From Camelus ferus (Eukaryota), in NCBI RefSeq assembly GCF_009834535.1, contig NC_045696.1, positions 8,434,001 through 8,498,000 on the forward strand: a DNA stretch of 64,000 nucleotides. Direction: 5' to 3'. The stretch's first letter is position 1. Every line of letters begins with the position of its first letter. Under the pieces are notes generated by a model. It saw nothing but the letters and a program-made list of their open reading frames with translations, did no database searches and was not told the origin of the DNA. Made by a program: the position numbers and the translations under genes. Below, in pieces: positions 13,346 through 26,641 of the stretch.

Positions 13346-13526
13346 CAGGACTGGGGCTTGGGCAAGGCAAGTGAGGCGGTTGCCCCTGGCATGAAATTTA
13401 AGGGGGCACCAGAAAACTCAGTAATCGAGACAAATGACATTGTAATACAGTCTTTAAAAAAAATAAAAGTTAGTATAAAAATCCACAATGAAAAAACCAT
13501 GAAAATTTAAAATAAAGACAGGATCG
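13346..13526 (+). mobile_element. Arthur1 (hAT-Tip100) 5' fragment
   Basis: GGCAAGTGAGGC...AAATTTAAGGGGGCACCAGAAAACTCAGTAATC...AAATAAAGACAGGATC follows the remembered Arthur1 5' consensus. Confidence 0.8.
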
Positions 13527-13936
13527 AAATAGAATGAGGGAAGGTTGTCATGCAATTTCTGGGTCGATCCTGCAGAGCAGTAACTTATTACAGTCGGGAT
13601 GGTCTCTCATCACAAACTGAACATTAAAATAGTGCTTCCCAGCCATTTTCATGCAATCAGATATTTGTAATACTTAAAATGCAAACAGATGAAGAAGAGC
13701 CATGTGAGCTCGTGGAAAGGGAGAGGAGAGACGTTTAAGCACAATGGTGGGAAACATTGTCTGAAGGAGCTTTGTAATAACTTGTCACCACATTCAGAAG
13801 GCTTAATTTCAAGAGCTATTTATCCCAATAAGAGCTGATAATAATACTCTAATAAGTCCTGTGCTTTGTGCTAAGATGAAATTAATCGGGGTTTTCTGAG
13901 GCTGTGTGATGTGCTGGGACCATCGCACTGTTGGGA

Positions 13937-14127
13937 CTCTGCCACTTACTAGCAAGGGGTGGTTGGGTAGGTAATTAACCTCTCTGGGTCCTAATTTCAT
14001 AATCTTTAAAATAAGGATAATGCCTGCTTTGTCAACTTCATAGAGTTTTTATGAGGCTCAAATGAGATAATGGTTGCGAAAGCGCATTATAAAATTGCAG
14101 TGATCTGCAAAGTTGGCCGTTGTTATT
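13937..14127 (+). mobile_element. MIR SINE
   Basis: CTCTGCCACTTACTAGC...TAACCTCTCTG...ATGAGGCTCAAATGAGATAAT. Confidence 0.8.
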
Positions 14128-14680
14128 TCGTGGTGGATTCTTTTGTTGAAGCTAGGTTAGGGAGCCAAAACTAACACCCATCGTATAGACTGTGTCACAC
14201 AGGATTTCTCCGTGTGTAGTTGTGTTTGGGTGAGCAGGGACCTGAATCGACTCTCAGTCTCTCTGAATCCACGTATTATTGAATCAGAGACATACTAATC
14301 CAATAAGCTGATGCAAACATGGATAAAGATTTTAGCACTGAGAAGTGGCAGGAGATTTTAGATTTTAGGTGTTTTATAAAGGGGGCTGTGTCAAAATGTG
14401 GTTTTCAAGTATAGCTAAATGCTGCAATAAGGAACAAAAATCAGGCATACATGTTGGGTGACGCAGATAAAAATATTCTCGGCTTAAATAAACTTTTTGC
14501 TGAATAAAATTAAGCTGGTTCTGGGTACCTGGGAGAGGGTGGAGAACCTGGCCAGAGCTGGACGTACCAAAGAAATGGGCAGTCATTTAGTCATCATCTT
14601 AGTAGTTTGGTCATTCACTGCAATGAGCAAAAATGTACCAATATACCACCTATTATGGACATATTTTCATTTTTATTAAA

Positions 14681-15085
14681 TTTTTTTTATTAAAGTGTAG
14701 TTGATTTACAATGTTAGTTTCAGGTGTACAGCAAAGTGATTCAGTTATACATGTACATACATATGTATTTTTTCTTTTCAGATTCTTTTCTATTACGAGT
14801 TATTACAAGAAATTGAATATAGTTCCCTGTGCTATACAGTAGGTCCTTATTATCCATTTTTTTATATAGTGATGTATGTCTATTAATCCCCAACCCCTAA
14901 TTTATCCCTCCCTGCCCTTTCCCCTGTGGTAACGATAGGTTTGTTTTCTATGTCCATGAGACTGTTTTTGGTTTGTAAATAGAATTTGTATCTTTTTTTT
15001 TTTTAGATTCCACACGTAAGTGATAGCATATGATATTTGTCTTTCTCTTTCTGATTTACTTCACTTAGTATGATAATCCCTAGAT
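14681..15085 (-). mobile_element. Young cetartiodactyl-type L1 3' end, 5'-truncated (~400 bp)
   Basis: Poly-T, then AAGTGTAGTTGATTTACAATGTT...GAATATAGTTCCCTGTGCTATACAGTAGG...TTACTTCACTTAGTATGATAAT. Similar to five other copies in the window. Confidence 0.9.
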
Positions 15086-16283
15086 TATCTTGGACATTTT
15101 AAAAAGTGTAGATGATATGTTTTAAAAAATGCGCTCTCTCTACTCTGCCATAAATATATTTATGTCAAAATAAAATATCGGAGAAACTATTCATTTCAAG
15201 CCCTTGAAGCTTTTTTAAAAGCTCTGCTTGATGAAAGTATAAGAAAGCCGGCCATTTGTTGAAGGAACAATACTGAAAGATCTTTAAGCAGTACCTCTTT
15301 GACCTTAAGTCTAAGCCAGCCAGCTCGATCTAGTATAGGTATTTGGCTGCTGAAAGTGCTTGGCAAGGTAGCATGTTTTGATTTCATTTGATCTCTCATC
15401 ATACCAAACATTTGATTTTTTTCCCCCTGAACTATATAGAGCCTTAGATTTGGTGGGCCCCACCCAAATTTCAACACTGACAGAGCTTTTGTATTAAGAG
15501 TGGGAGATTGTTTAGACAAATAATTTATACCCTCTGCTGGGAAGGAAAGGTCTGTTTCAGGGAAGAGATTACCTGTGTGTCTGCCAGGGATGGGGGCTCT
15601 AGACCTCAATTTCCTAGTGCATTAGCTTGTGCATTAAAGGAATTGCATTTTTATTGGATCACATCAAGCTGTTGATTGGAAAAATAAAAGTGACCTTTAA
15701 ATTTTTCACCAGCTGTGACAGCATAGAGTTGGTGCATCCAAAGAATGGACTGGAAATGGTGAACAATTAACAATACCACTGCTCTCCCAGGCCCGCTGTG
15801 AGAAGAACCACCCATTTCCTCAATCGCTCTGACTGGGGCTGGCCTTGTGCATTATGTAAGGTGGGCTGTGCCTCGCTGTTGGGATAGAAAGGCCTTCAAG
15901 TATTTCTCTTCTTAAATTCCCATTCTGCTATCCTTGCGAGTCTCTAACAATGAAGGTGCATCAACATAGTGGTGGGGTGGGGGAAGGGCAGTGATGAATC
16001 TGTGAAGGTGAAGGTGGTATAGCTCTAAAGTGATGTGCCTTAAAGAGGGCCTGCACACTTTATGACAAAAGAAGACATCGGTTAGGTGGCTGTGGAGGGG
16101 TTCTGTAAAGGGTGTGTAGCCGTGGAGATGCAGAGGAACTGGAAACTAAGACAAACATCATCTAGTCCATGATCTAGTGATAAGGCCCTTTCACATTCTT
16201 CTTCCAGAAGAACCATCAGTGAACTCCCCAGAGTCACTGTGCTCCTAGAATAAATGGCTTCCAGGACCATGTAAGAAGTCAGT

Positions 16284-16340
16284 TTTCTTTTTCTTCTTCT
16301 CCTCCTTCTCCTTCCTCTTCCTCTTCTCCTCCTCTTCATC
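16284..16340 (+). repeat. CTT/CCT low-complexity tract, likely a mutated L1 poly-A tail
   Basis: Pyrimidine tract lying between the candidate TSD and the L1 3' terminus. Confidence 0.75.
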
Positions 16341-16344
16341 CTGC

Positions 16345-18048
16345 TTTTAATTGAAGTATGGTCGATTTACAGTGTTGTGTTAATTTCTGGTGTACAGCAT
16401 AGTGACTCAGTTGTATATATATGTATCTTTTCATATTCTTTTTCATTATAGTCTATACATGATGTTGAATATAGTTCCCTGTGCCATACAACAGGACCTT
16501 GCTGTTTATTTTATATATAATAGTATCTGCAAATCTCGAATTCCCAATTTACCCTCCCCCACCCCTTTTTCCCTCTGGGAACCATAAGTTTGTTTTCTAT
16601 GTCTGTGAGTCCGTTTCTGTTTTGTAGAGAAGTTCTTTAGTGTCTTCCCTTTTATTTTCTTTCTTTCATTTTTTTTTTTTTTTTTAGATTCCACTTATGA
16701 GTGATGTCATGTGGTATTTTTCTTTCTCTTTCTGGCTTACTTCACTTAGAATGATGATCTCCAGGTCCATCCATGTTGCTGAAAATGGCATTATTTTATT
16801 CTTTTTTATAGCTAAGTAGTATTCTATTGTGTGTATGTATATATATATACACACATGTCATAACTTCTTTATCCAGTCATCTGTGGATGGATATTTAGGT
16901 TGCTTCCATGTCTCCACTGTTGTAAATAGTGCTGCTATGAACGTTAGGGTGCATATATCTTTTTGAATTAGAGCTTCCTCCATATATATATGCACAGGAG
17001 TGGGATTGCTGGATCATATGGTAACTCTATTTTCAGTGTTTTAAGGAGTCTCCATACCATTTTCCATAATACCCGCACCAAACTACATTCCGACCAACAG
17101 TGTAGAAGGGTTCCATTTTCTCCACACCCTCTTCAGCATTTATCATTGATGGATATTTTTAATGATGGCCATTCTGACTGGTGTGAGGTGATACCTCATT
17201 GTAGTTTTGATTGGCATTTCTCTGATAATTAGTAATATTGAGCATTTTTTTTTCATGTGACTATTGACCATTTGTATGTCTTCACCAGAGAAATGTTTGT
17301 TTAGGTCTTCTGCCCACTTTTTGACTGGGTTGTTTGTTTTTTGGTTATTGTATTGTATGAGCTGTTTGTATATTCTGGAAATTAAACCCTTGTCAGTAGC
17401 ATCTGACAAGGGTTTTTCTCCCATTCCATGTAATTTTTCTCCCATTCCATGTAGTTTGTCTTTTTGTTTTGTTTATGGTTTCCTTTGCTGTGTAAAAGCT
17501 TGTAAGTTTAATTAGGTCTCATTTGTTTATTTTTGCTTTAATTTCTATTGCCTTAGAAGACTGCCCTAGGAAAACACTGCTACGATTTACATCAGAGAAT
17601 GTTTTGCTTACATTCTCTTCTGGGAAGTTTATGGTGTCTTATCTCATGTTTAAGTCTTTAAGCCATTTTGAGTTTATTTTTGCATACTGTGTGAGGGAGT
17701 GTTCTAATTTCATTGACTTCCATGTGGCTGCGAGCTTTCCCAACACCACTTGCTGAAGAGACTGTCTTTTCTTTACCGTGCATCCTTGCCTCCTTTGTTG
17801 AAGATTAATTGACCGTAAGTGTGTGGACTTATTTCTGAGCTCTCTATTCTATTCTCTTGTTCCATATGTCTGTTTTTGTGTTAATACCATGCTGTTTTGA
17901 TTACTGCAGGTCTGTAGTAGTGTCTGAAGTCTAGGCAGTTTATTCCTCCAGCTTTGTTCTTGTTATTCAGTATTGCTTTGGCAATTCTGGGTCTTTTGTG
18001 ATTCCATATAAATTCTAGGATTATTTGTTCTATTTCTGTGAAAAATAT
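16345..18048 (-). mobile_element. Young L1, 5'-truncated (~1.7 kb), with 3'UTR and ORF2 C-terminal remnant
   Basis: ORF 17143-17445 gives [12 protein letters not shown]...[16 protein letters not shown]...[24 protein letters not shown] (L1 ORF2p C-terminus), with frameshifts. Candidate TSD AAGTCAGT at 16276-16283 and 18049-18056. Confidence 0.95.
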
Positions 18049-18749
18049 AAGTCAGTCTTTTTATTAGTGCTTGGTGGATTCTCAGCACTCACACTTCTAT
18101 GCCACCTTTCTTAGATTTATACACATCATGTGATGTAATTTCTCACATTTTCATCTTCCTCAATGCAGCAATTGGTGCCTGGGGTTGCTTGGAGACCATT
18201 TTTGCAGTAATAATGTCTAGCACCTTTTAATAAATAGGATCAATCTATTAGAAATCTGTCTTCTTTCCAGTTTTTTCCACAATCAGTTCTTTTTCTGTTA
18301 TATCAGTATGAAACTTATCATGACTGCAGGTGAGAGAATATGATTCCATGTTATCCTAACAAAAAACAAATAATTTATTACAAGCATGTCTTAACTGAAA
18401 GGTTAAAATGGTAGGCAAAATGATTCTCCTCTGTCACAGTGACCTTATTTTGACTTGTAGTAACTATAAGTGGAATGACTGAAATGAATCTGAACTATAA
18501 ATTGTGATGTAAATTCTGTCAACTTGGTCTGTCTATAAAAAGTGGATCTTATACAAAGTGAAATGTTCTATGGACCTTAGAATGAAATAAACACAATTTA
18601 ATATTTCCATAAAATCCAACAATTAAGCTGCTTGTAACTGTGCTTTTATTCTGGGTTCTCCTGTTATTAACGATAAACTTGGGGGCTTTTAACAAGCATC
18701 AAGTCACCAAGTACATCATCTGTTACAGAGTGGGAAAAGGACTTCTTCT

Positions 18750-20530
18750 CCCAAGTAGACTGTAGAGAGTCTTGGTCAGTGCTCTTGCTGCAACAATTAG
18801 AAAGAAACAGATAATTTATAAATTTACAAAAAGTCTATTTTTATAGGTACCAGAGAGCTATAAAAGCAACGAGGACCAGATAAACTAGCTTTCCAAGGAG
18901 AGACCCCTTCCAGGGTGAGCTGCCAATCATCAGCGATTCTTCACCCTTCCGTAATCATTTGCCAGTTCTGGATATGGCATGAGAAAACAAAGACTCCTCC
19001 CCAGGAGGAGAGGAAGGACCTGCATCAGACCTTTGGCTAGTCTCCCCATTAGGAAATTTTCAAATTTTGAGGCTGCATTGGATGAAAGGATGGAGAAATA
19101 AGTTGAAAACCTCTGAAGGGCAAGAGTGGAACACTCAGAATCTTTCAGGACTGAGGAGACAAAGGCCTCACTGGAATCTCAATAAGAACCTAGGATGTCC
19201 ATGCCCTAGAAGTAAATAAAAAACAGGAGTATTATGAGTTTTACTAAAATTAAACCCTAACCCATTTCCAGCTTAACCCATTAGTGGATTGAATGATTAG
19301 TTTATCACACTATCTGCCTATTAAAGGAAGGAGAAATTCTCTTTAGTGAATGATAAAATCATCTGGAATCTCTGCATTTTTTATGTCTGGTGTGCAATAA
19401 AAATTACAAGACATGTAAAGATGACTGATAATGAAGAAAAAAAGATAATAGAAGATGGCCCACAGATGATCAGATATTGGGATCAGTAGCCATGGATTTA
19501 AAGATAACTACGGTTAATGTTAAGAAATGGAGGAAAATAGATAAAAGAGATAAAATGATGGAGAATTCTACCAAAGAATTAAAATATATAAAAAATCAAA
19601 TGGATGCTCAAAAATGGGAAAATACAACATTTGAAATTAAGAATATATTGAGCTTAGCAGGTGGTTAGACATAGCAGAACATTGTAAACTGGAAGACAAA
19701 CCAATAGCTTTTAAGTTCAGATTTAATAAAAGATAGATATGTTAGAGCCATGTGGAATATGCAAAAAAAAGATCCAATATATATATAATTGAATTCCCTC
19801 AATGAATGGAGGAAGAAAATAGGGCAGAAGAAATTTTCAAAGTGATAATGTCTGAGAATTTAATCAAACTGAATCCCTAGATTCATGAAATCCATGGAAT
19901 CCCAAGCAATGGAAATACATACATGGGCACATCACATTAAAACTGCTGAAAGCAGAAGTAAAATATGAAATCTTAAAACAACTAGAGAACAAAGACATAC
20001 TATCTTTAAAAGAACAACAGTAAGACTGACAGTTGGAAGTTTATGAGGAACAATGAAATTCACAGAACAATAGAATGACATCCTCAAAGTGATGAAAGAA
20101 AATCACTGCCAATCTAGAATTAAGAATATTTCTCAACAATGAAAGTGGTGTAAAGATATTTTTTAGACAAATAAAAATGGAGAGAATTCATTCCTGGCAT
20201 TTTTGTTTTAAAAGAAAAAAAGCTTATTTTCTCTAGGCAGAAGGAAAATGATTCCACATGATAATAAGGAAATACAGGAAGAAATGAATACTATTGCAGG
20301 AACAAACATGTGGCTATATAGAAATAATTCTTGGTTGTGCAAAGCAATAATTGCATGTCTTTTGAAGTTTAAAATAGATGCAGAAAAACGTGTAATAACA
20401 ATAAAGCAAAAGGTGGAAGGGAGATAAATGGAGTTAAACTGTTTTAAAGTTCTAGTAGGATTTGGATGATAAAAATTACTTCATGTGTTAGACTGATATA
20501 TCAAGAAAGCGTGTTGTAATCATTAGGTTA
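18750..20530 (+). mobile_element. Ancient L1M 5' region and ORF1 remnant
   Basis: A-rich. ORF 19477-19668 (KELKYIKNQMDAQKWENTTFEIKN) resembles the ORF1p coiled coil. Downstream GAATGACATCCTCAAAGTGATGAAAGAAAATCACTGCCAATCTAGAATT resembles the ORF1 C-terminal domain. 5' boundary uncertain. Confidence 0.75.
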
Positions 20531-22141
20531 GACATCGAAAAAAGACATAACTAACATGCTAATAGGAAGAAAATAAGTATAGTGTTGAAAGTATTTGATG
20601 ACTGAAAGATGAGGGAAGTAGAACTGACACTTGACCGATGCTTTTCCTGTGCTCCAGCTGCCGTTGCTGAGTTGTCCCAGGTAGTCCTCAAATTTTTGTG
20701 ACACACACGTATCGTTTCCATTTGATAAATGGAGCAACTGAATTTGATGGGCTTCTTAGCTGGAAACAGAAGAACATACTCCAATGTGCATAAATAGAAA
20801 TGGAACTTAATGCATGATTTGTTGGGAAGCTCACAGATTCTTGTAAGGATAGAAAGTCTTTGTGAAGACCACTCTGCCACCCTCAAAGGCACAGATACCA
20901 CAGTTTTTAATCACTGATGCTGGAGGTCTCTTTTGCTGATGTTCCCCAAAGCTGGAGGAAGCTGGCTTCCATTGCCTCCGTCACAAAAGACAAAAATGAC
21001 AGGGAGCTTATGCTTCCCTAAGTTGTTCTCTGCTATGTTAAAATCTCTTGAGGGCTTATCTGATTTATCAAGCCTGGATCACACACTACATCGTGTGTTT
21101 GCAGCAAATATCCATTATAGGAAGTTAAGTTCATGGATGCTGACTACCACCCAGGGGTCTCAGAACATTAAGTGATGGTCCATGGATTGGAGTTTAGGAC
21201 TGTCGGCTCCAGAGTATGGACCACTCTAAACTGCCATTCATTAGATCCCCTCTGTGTTTGTGAGACACACTGTATATAAAGTATTCGGAAGATGCCAGTA
21301 CTTCCTGTGTGGCTAGGGCTGCAGATAGAGAGTGGACCAGGAAGGCATTTAGTTCTGTGGTGGTAACGTCTTCATCTTGTACTCCTCCTGGCCCCTGACA
21401 CCCCAGGAGCTGCACCTTTAGAAACTTCCACGTCAGTTGACAGACAGCTCCTCATATCTCAGGAACCTTCTATTTCTAACCTTATTGACTGTATAAGAAA
21501 GAGAGTCCAAAGTCAGTAATAAAAGAAATTCTAGCCTGCTAAGAGTTAACAAGTGAACCACCAAGGGTTAATGGAATTTTTTACTGTATAGTAACAAAAT
21601 AGAATCTCATCCCAGATGAAAAAAAACAAAAGAAGTGTTGTGGGTAGCCAGCCATGGGATCTGATTGTGTGTGTGATTATTTTAACCCACAGCACACCAT
21701 GAAAAATACTAATTTGATAAACTGATCTTTTAGATCCTGCAGATAATACAGTGGCATTTTGGGAAGACAGATTTTTCAAACTATTGGATTTATGATAATG
21801 ACTTGCATTTGCAGAGCACGCAACTGTTTTCAAGGTGCTTTCCCATGGTGCCTCTGACTTGTGCCTCTCGATGCTGGCAGATAGGCAGTATGATTCCATT
21901 TGACATGAGAGGAACCTGGTCGTAGGTATGAAAGAATGTTCTGGTATTATGTATCAAGGAGACACTCTGCTTTCTCATTTTTATACTTAGTGTGTTACCT
22001 TTCTATTTCAGTGTTTTTTTTTTCCCCCTAGAAATAGGAAGGGGAATTAGAGGATATTATCAATAAGCCATTGGTTATTTGTCAGCCTCTCAACAAATAT
22101 ATTTATTATCATAATGATCAAATGTGCATCTTCTGTGTCAG

Positions 22142-22143
<2 letters not shown>

Positions 22144-22179
<36 letters not shown>
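22144..22179 (+). repeat. (AC)18 microsatellite
   Basis: Directly visible. Confidence 0.97.
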
Positions 22180-22183
<4 letters not shown>

Positions 22184-22546
22184 GTTTTCTTATTCCTCTG
22201 TGATTGCATAATGGTCATACTATGCTGCTTTTAATTGACTTTGATGTCAAACCAATAGCAGATATCAATTAAAGAAACTTTCTGAGATTCAATCATGAAA
22301 AAAACATTAGCGGTATAGTTATAGTTAATTGATATTCTAGGTTATTGCACAGTTAGAGCGGCTCTGATCTGTGATATACTGGACATATGTTCTTGCTCTC
22401 AAAGATTTGTCTCAAAAGGCTGTGTGAAAGACATTTTTGTAAATGACCTTTCAACAGATAAGTCTTGCTACCCTCAACTTAAAAAAAGTTGTTTATTTTT
22501 CATTGGTTTGAAATAAGAGGAAAAGGGACAAAAACATAAAACATGC

Positions 22547-22827
22547 ATGGATAAATTGGGAGTTTGGGATTTGCAGATACACACTACTATATATAGAATA
22601 GATAAATGACAAACTCCTACTGGATAGCACAGGGAACTATTTTCAATACCTTGTAATGGCCTATAATGAAAAAAGATTAGGAAAAGGAATATATATATAA
22701 TATACATAATATATACATACACACATATATATTTATAAATGAATCACTCTGCTGTACATCATAAATTAACACAATATTGTAAATCAACTATACTTCAATC
22801 AAAAAAAAAGAAAAAAAGAAAAAAAAG
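22547..22827 (+). mobile_element. Young L1 3' end, ~280 bp
   Basis: GGATAAATTGGGAGTTTGGG...AGCACAGGGAACTAT...GTAAATCAACTATACTTCAAT followed by poly-A. Confidence 0.9.
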
Positions 22828-23596
22828 CTTGGACGGAAAAGCAGGGAAGTTTAAGAACATGGGTGGGAATGAAGTTGCTCAAAAGACAGTGACGAGGAGG
22901 AACAGGAGACGCGCTCACCGCCCAGCTAAGCACTTAATTATTATTGTTATACACTTCTAGGGCACTGAAAGAGTAGATTACTGTTAGTTAGTAAAGATGT
23001 TCTGCCAGAGTCCCTTACCTCCAGGGAAATAATAACCCAATGAAATAAAACATCTGATTCAAGAGGGAAAATTACATGGCTTAAAAGAAATCAACCACAA
23101 AGATTTCATTTGTAAAACTGGTTGGGAGACATCTTTGTATCTTAAATCATAGGGACCATTTTGCTTGGGCGATCTCAGCTGTATTTTCTCTTGTGTGAAG
23201 GTCCAAATGTCAAAATAATATTTTCTCTCTGGAGTGATACAATGTATTTTCATATTTACACACACACACCCCCAAGCCTGTAGGCTCTGTGGGCACCTGC
23301 CTTCCAGCGGACCCATTAGTCCTGCTCCCCTGTGCGGGCACATTCAAGGCCAGTTAGGGACAGTGCCAATGGCAGCTCCTTGCAGCGACCCTTGATAGTA
23401 GTGCGGACGTGAAACGCTCTAAGGACAATGAAACTCAATTTAACTTGGAGAATGACAGTCTAATTACCTGAGGTCAGAGGCCAACAACTAGTGCTTGTGA
23501 TTGATTTTGGATAGCTGACTGTGATTTTCTACATTTGGAGTCAGTCTAGATGCTGATCTCCTTTGAAAAGAATAATTTTCGTATTACCTTTAAGAG

Positions 23597-23818
23597 CTGA
23601 GGTTGGCAAACTATGGCCAGTGGGCCAAACCTAGCCCTCTGCCTGCTTTTGTAAATAGTTTTATGAATAACCGTAGGTCCAGGCACACTCATCTATTTAT
23701 CTGTTACATGTGACAACTTCCATGCTGCAGCAGTGGAGCTGAATGACTGTGGCTGAGCCTGCAAGGACTGTAAAATATTTTCCATCTAGCCCTTTGGAGG
23801 AAAAGCTTGCTACCCCTG
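23597..23818 (+). mobile_element. MER58A (hAT-Charlie MITE)
   Basis: CTGAGGTTGGCAAACTATGGCC...GGGCCAAA...AAAATATTT...AAAAGCTTGCTACCCCTG, ~220 bp with terminal inverted repeats. Confidence 0.85.
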
Positions 23819-24169
23819 TCCTATTGTGTAGGTTTGAAAGACCATGTACATACAGGGACAACCATGTGAGGTTGGCTGTCACTGGGGCTCTTAACATATC
23901 CCTCTTCTGCATTTCTTGCCCTCCTATGGGCTGCCATTTTATTTTATTTTATTTTATTTTACTTAAAAAAAAACCAATTTCAAATACTCAGGTCCTCTTA
24001 CTTTCTTAGGATTCAGTGGAAAGATGTATCTCTTCACATAAAATAGTCAGTAGGTTGCAATGCTGAAGAAATTTATATCAAAATATTATTAGGAGTTCAG
24101 TGTGACATTATTGCAATTTTTCCGGAATTTTTTTTTAACTGAAGAATTTAACAACAAATTTGAAAAATA

Positions 24170-24625
24170 AGAACGAATTTATCCTCAGGCACACATACAC
24201 GTGTTTACAAACATATATGTGGAGCAACAGCCATTACAGCACTTTTTGCAATGAGCAAATATTCATAGACATAAACGTGTGTTAGTGTGGGAATGGTTAA
24301 ATTGTGTCACGTTCATTCAGTTGTACAGTAGATGACTGCAGTCATAAAAAAGAAAGAGATGCCCCCTTTTAACTGTTGGAAGATTTAAATGTTAAGTGTA
24401 CAATGGTGTGATACGCTTTCATTGGTATGGACAGGAGGGAAGGATAAGATGGAATACATATAACTATTGATTTTTTCCAATAAGTATTCAGTCTCTGGCA
24501 GTTACATAGGAAACTGGTAACACTGGTTGCCTCCAAAGAGGGGAATGCAATGACTGGGCTTAGAAGGGAGACGTTTTTCCATATAACCATTTATAATTTT
24601 TGAGTTTCTAATCATGCAAGCAAAT
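24170..24625 (+). mobile_element. Ancient L1ME-type 3' end
   Basis: GAATTTATCCT...CAGCACTTTTTGCAAT...GAAACTGGTAACACTGGTTGCCTC. Confidence 0.6.
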
Positions 24626-25932
24626 TTCCTTTTTTAGAAGTAGAAACTAAAATAGAGAACATTTTTTTTTTTTAAAAAAAGGAAAAAAGTATATGTGTGT
24701 GGCTCATATTGAGTTACCCAAATGACATAACTGGCCAAGGTCAACATCCTTGTTGGTAAACACCGATAGAACACATGTCTAAACCAGTTCCAGAAGCTAC
24801 TCAAAAGAGAGTTCAAGGTGGAATGAAGGCTTTGCTGGTGACAGAGATGAGATAACATTCCTTGTCTTTTTTAAATCTACTGACTCTTCTGGCAAAAAAT
24901 TAACAAACTTCAATCAGAAGCAAATATCAACCAGGTAACATGTCTGACCATTTACACTTTGCTCCTCTGACAGCTGCTTAACTTGACTGATGAGTAGAGT
25001 AGTGCAATTATGACCATTGAAAATTCCTATGGAGTTAAGGGATTATAGAAATATAGTGCTTCCATTTGAATTATTAAAGCTTAGATTTACCAATGAGCTA
25101 TACCCACTGGCGGGTTTCTACTGCCCAACCAGACCCCAGGGACCATTTTTAGTACCTAGATGCAGCCACCCAGGGAAGCTTTCATTGGTGTACGATCTTG
25201 CAAGCTTCCTCCCCACCCCGTTCCTGCTGCCATGTTAACAACTTCTCCCCAGAGTGGTATACTGTTTTTGATGTTCTTCATTATTCTTTAATGTCCTAAA
25301 CTTACTTTTTCCAATGCAAATATTCCATCTGAAGTAATTCTCACCTATGCAACTTGAAAATAATTATTTCACTCAAGTTTAAAAAATCCTTTTTATTGAA
25401 GTAGAGTCACAGGAATGTACCCATATTACAAGTCTGCAATGAATATTATAAGCTGAATGAACTTTCATAAACTGACCACCAGTGTGACCAATCCTAGATC
25501 AAGAAATAGAACCTTAATCATATCCAGAAACAATCCTCCAGGCCCTGTCCATTTTCCCCTGGCCTCTCCCAAGCATAACCATTATCCTGACTTAACAATG
25601 GCTATTTTTATACTTTATATAAATGGAATCATACAGGATGTATTGCTTTGTGTTGGTTTCTTTTGCTCATCTACATTGTTGCATGGAACTGTTGCCTGCT
25701 CATCCCCGTTGCTGTGTGGATTTCTATTAAGTGACCAAATCACAGATTATTTATCCATTGTTCTGTGATGGATGGGCGTTTAGCTGGTTTCATTTTTTCA
25801 GTATAATAAGTGGTGCTACTCTGAGCATTCTTGTACATGTTTTTTTGAGGAGTGTTTGTACACGTTCCTGTCTCTCGTATCTAAGAGGACAATTTCTGGG
25901 TTACAGAGTATGCATGTGCTTAAGCTTTAGCA

Positions 25933-26142
25933 CAGTGGTTCTCGAGATTTCACATGAACCAGCATCACCTGGAGGGCTAATCCAAGTGATTCCACACATC
26001 TCTGGGACACACAGATCTCTGGCACACACCTGGAGTTTCTGATTCAGTAGGTCTGGGGTGGGGCCCCGAGAATCTCAACTTCTGGAAAGTTCCAGGTGAT
26101 GCCGCTGCTGCTGGCCTGGAGACCACACTTTGAGAACCTCTT
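25933..26142. mobile_element. MER5A nested in an old L1
   Basis: CAGTGGTTCTC...GATTCAGTAGGTCTGGGGTGGGGCCC...GACCACACTTTGAGAACC, flanked by CTTTAGCA / CTTAGCA. Confidence 0.9.
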
Positions 26143-26586
26143 CTTAGCAGATACTGCCAAGCAGTTTTACAAAGGATCTGTACCATTTTACCCTCCCGCC
26201 AGCGGCATATGAGTGTACTAGCTGCACCACTTGGTATTAACCTCCTTCTTTTAAATTTCCATATGGATGGAAAGGTACGATTACCTCCTTGTGGTTTTAA
26301 TTTACCTTTCCCTAGCAACTCCTTTCCGTAAGTTTATTGGCCATTTGGGTATCTTTCTATGTGAAGCCTGCGTTAAAGTCTTCTGCTTATGTTTCTATTG
26401 GGCTGTCTTTCTTCTTCTTCCTGAGTTGTAGGAATTCTTTTTTCTGGGTATCAGTTATTTGTTGGAGTTTTTACTGCAAGCATCTTTTCCCACTCTGTGG
26501 TTGCCTTTTCACTCTCTTAATAGTGATGAATAGAAATTCCAATTTTAATATAATCTAATTTATCTTTCTTTTTCTTTTAAGGTTAG

Positions 26587-26587
<1 letters not shown>

Positions 26588-26635
<48 letters not shown>
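26588..26635 (+). repeat. (TG)24 microsatellite
   Basis: Directly visible. Confidence 0.97.

Positions 26636-26641
<6 letters not shown>

Noticed and set aside
17143..17445. ORF with real protein similarity
   Set aside because: Frameshifted L1 ORF2p fragment, not a host gene. The same applies to 43996-44217 (ORF2p) and 19477-19668 (ORF1p).
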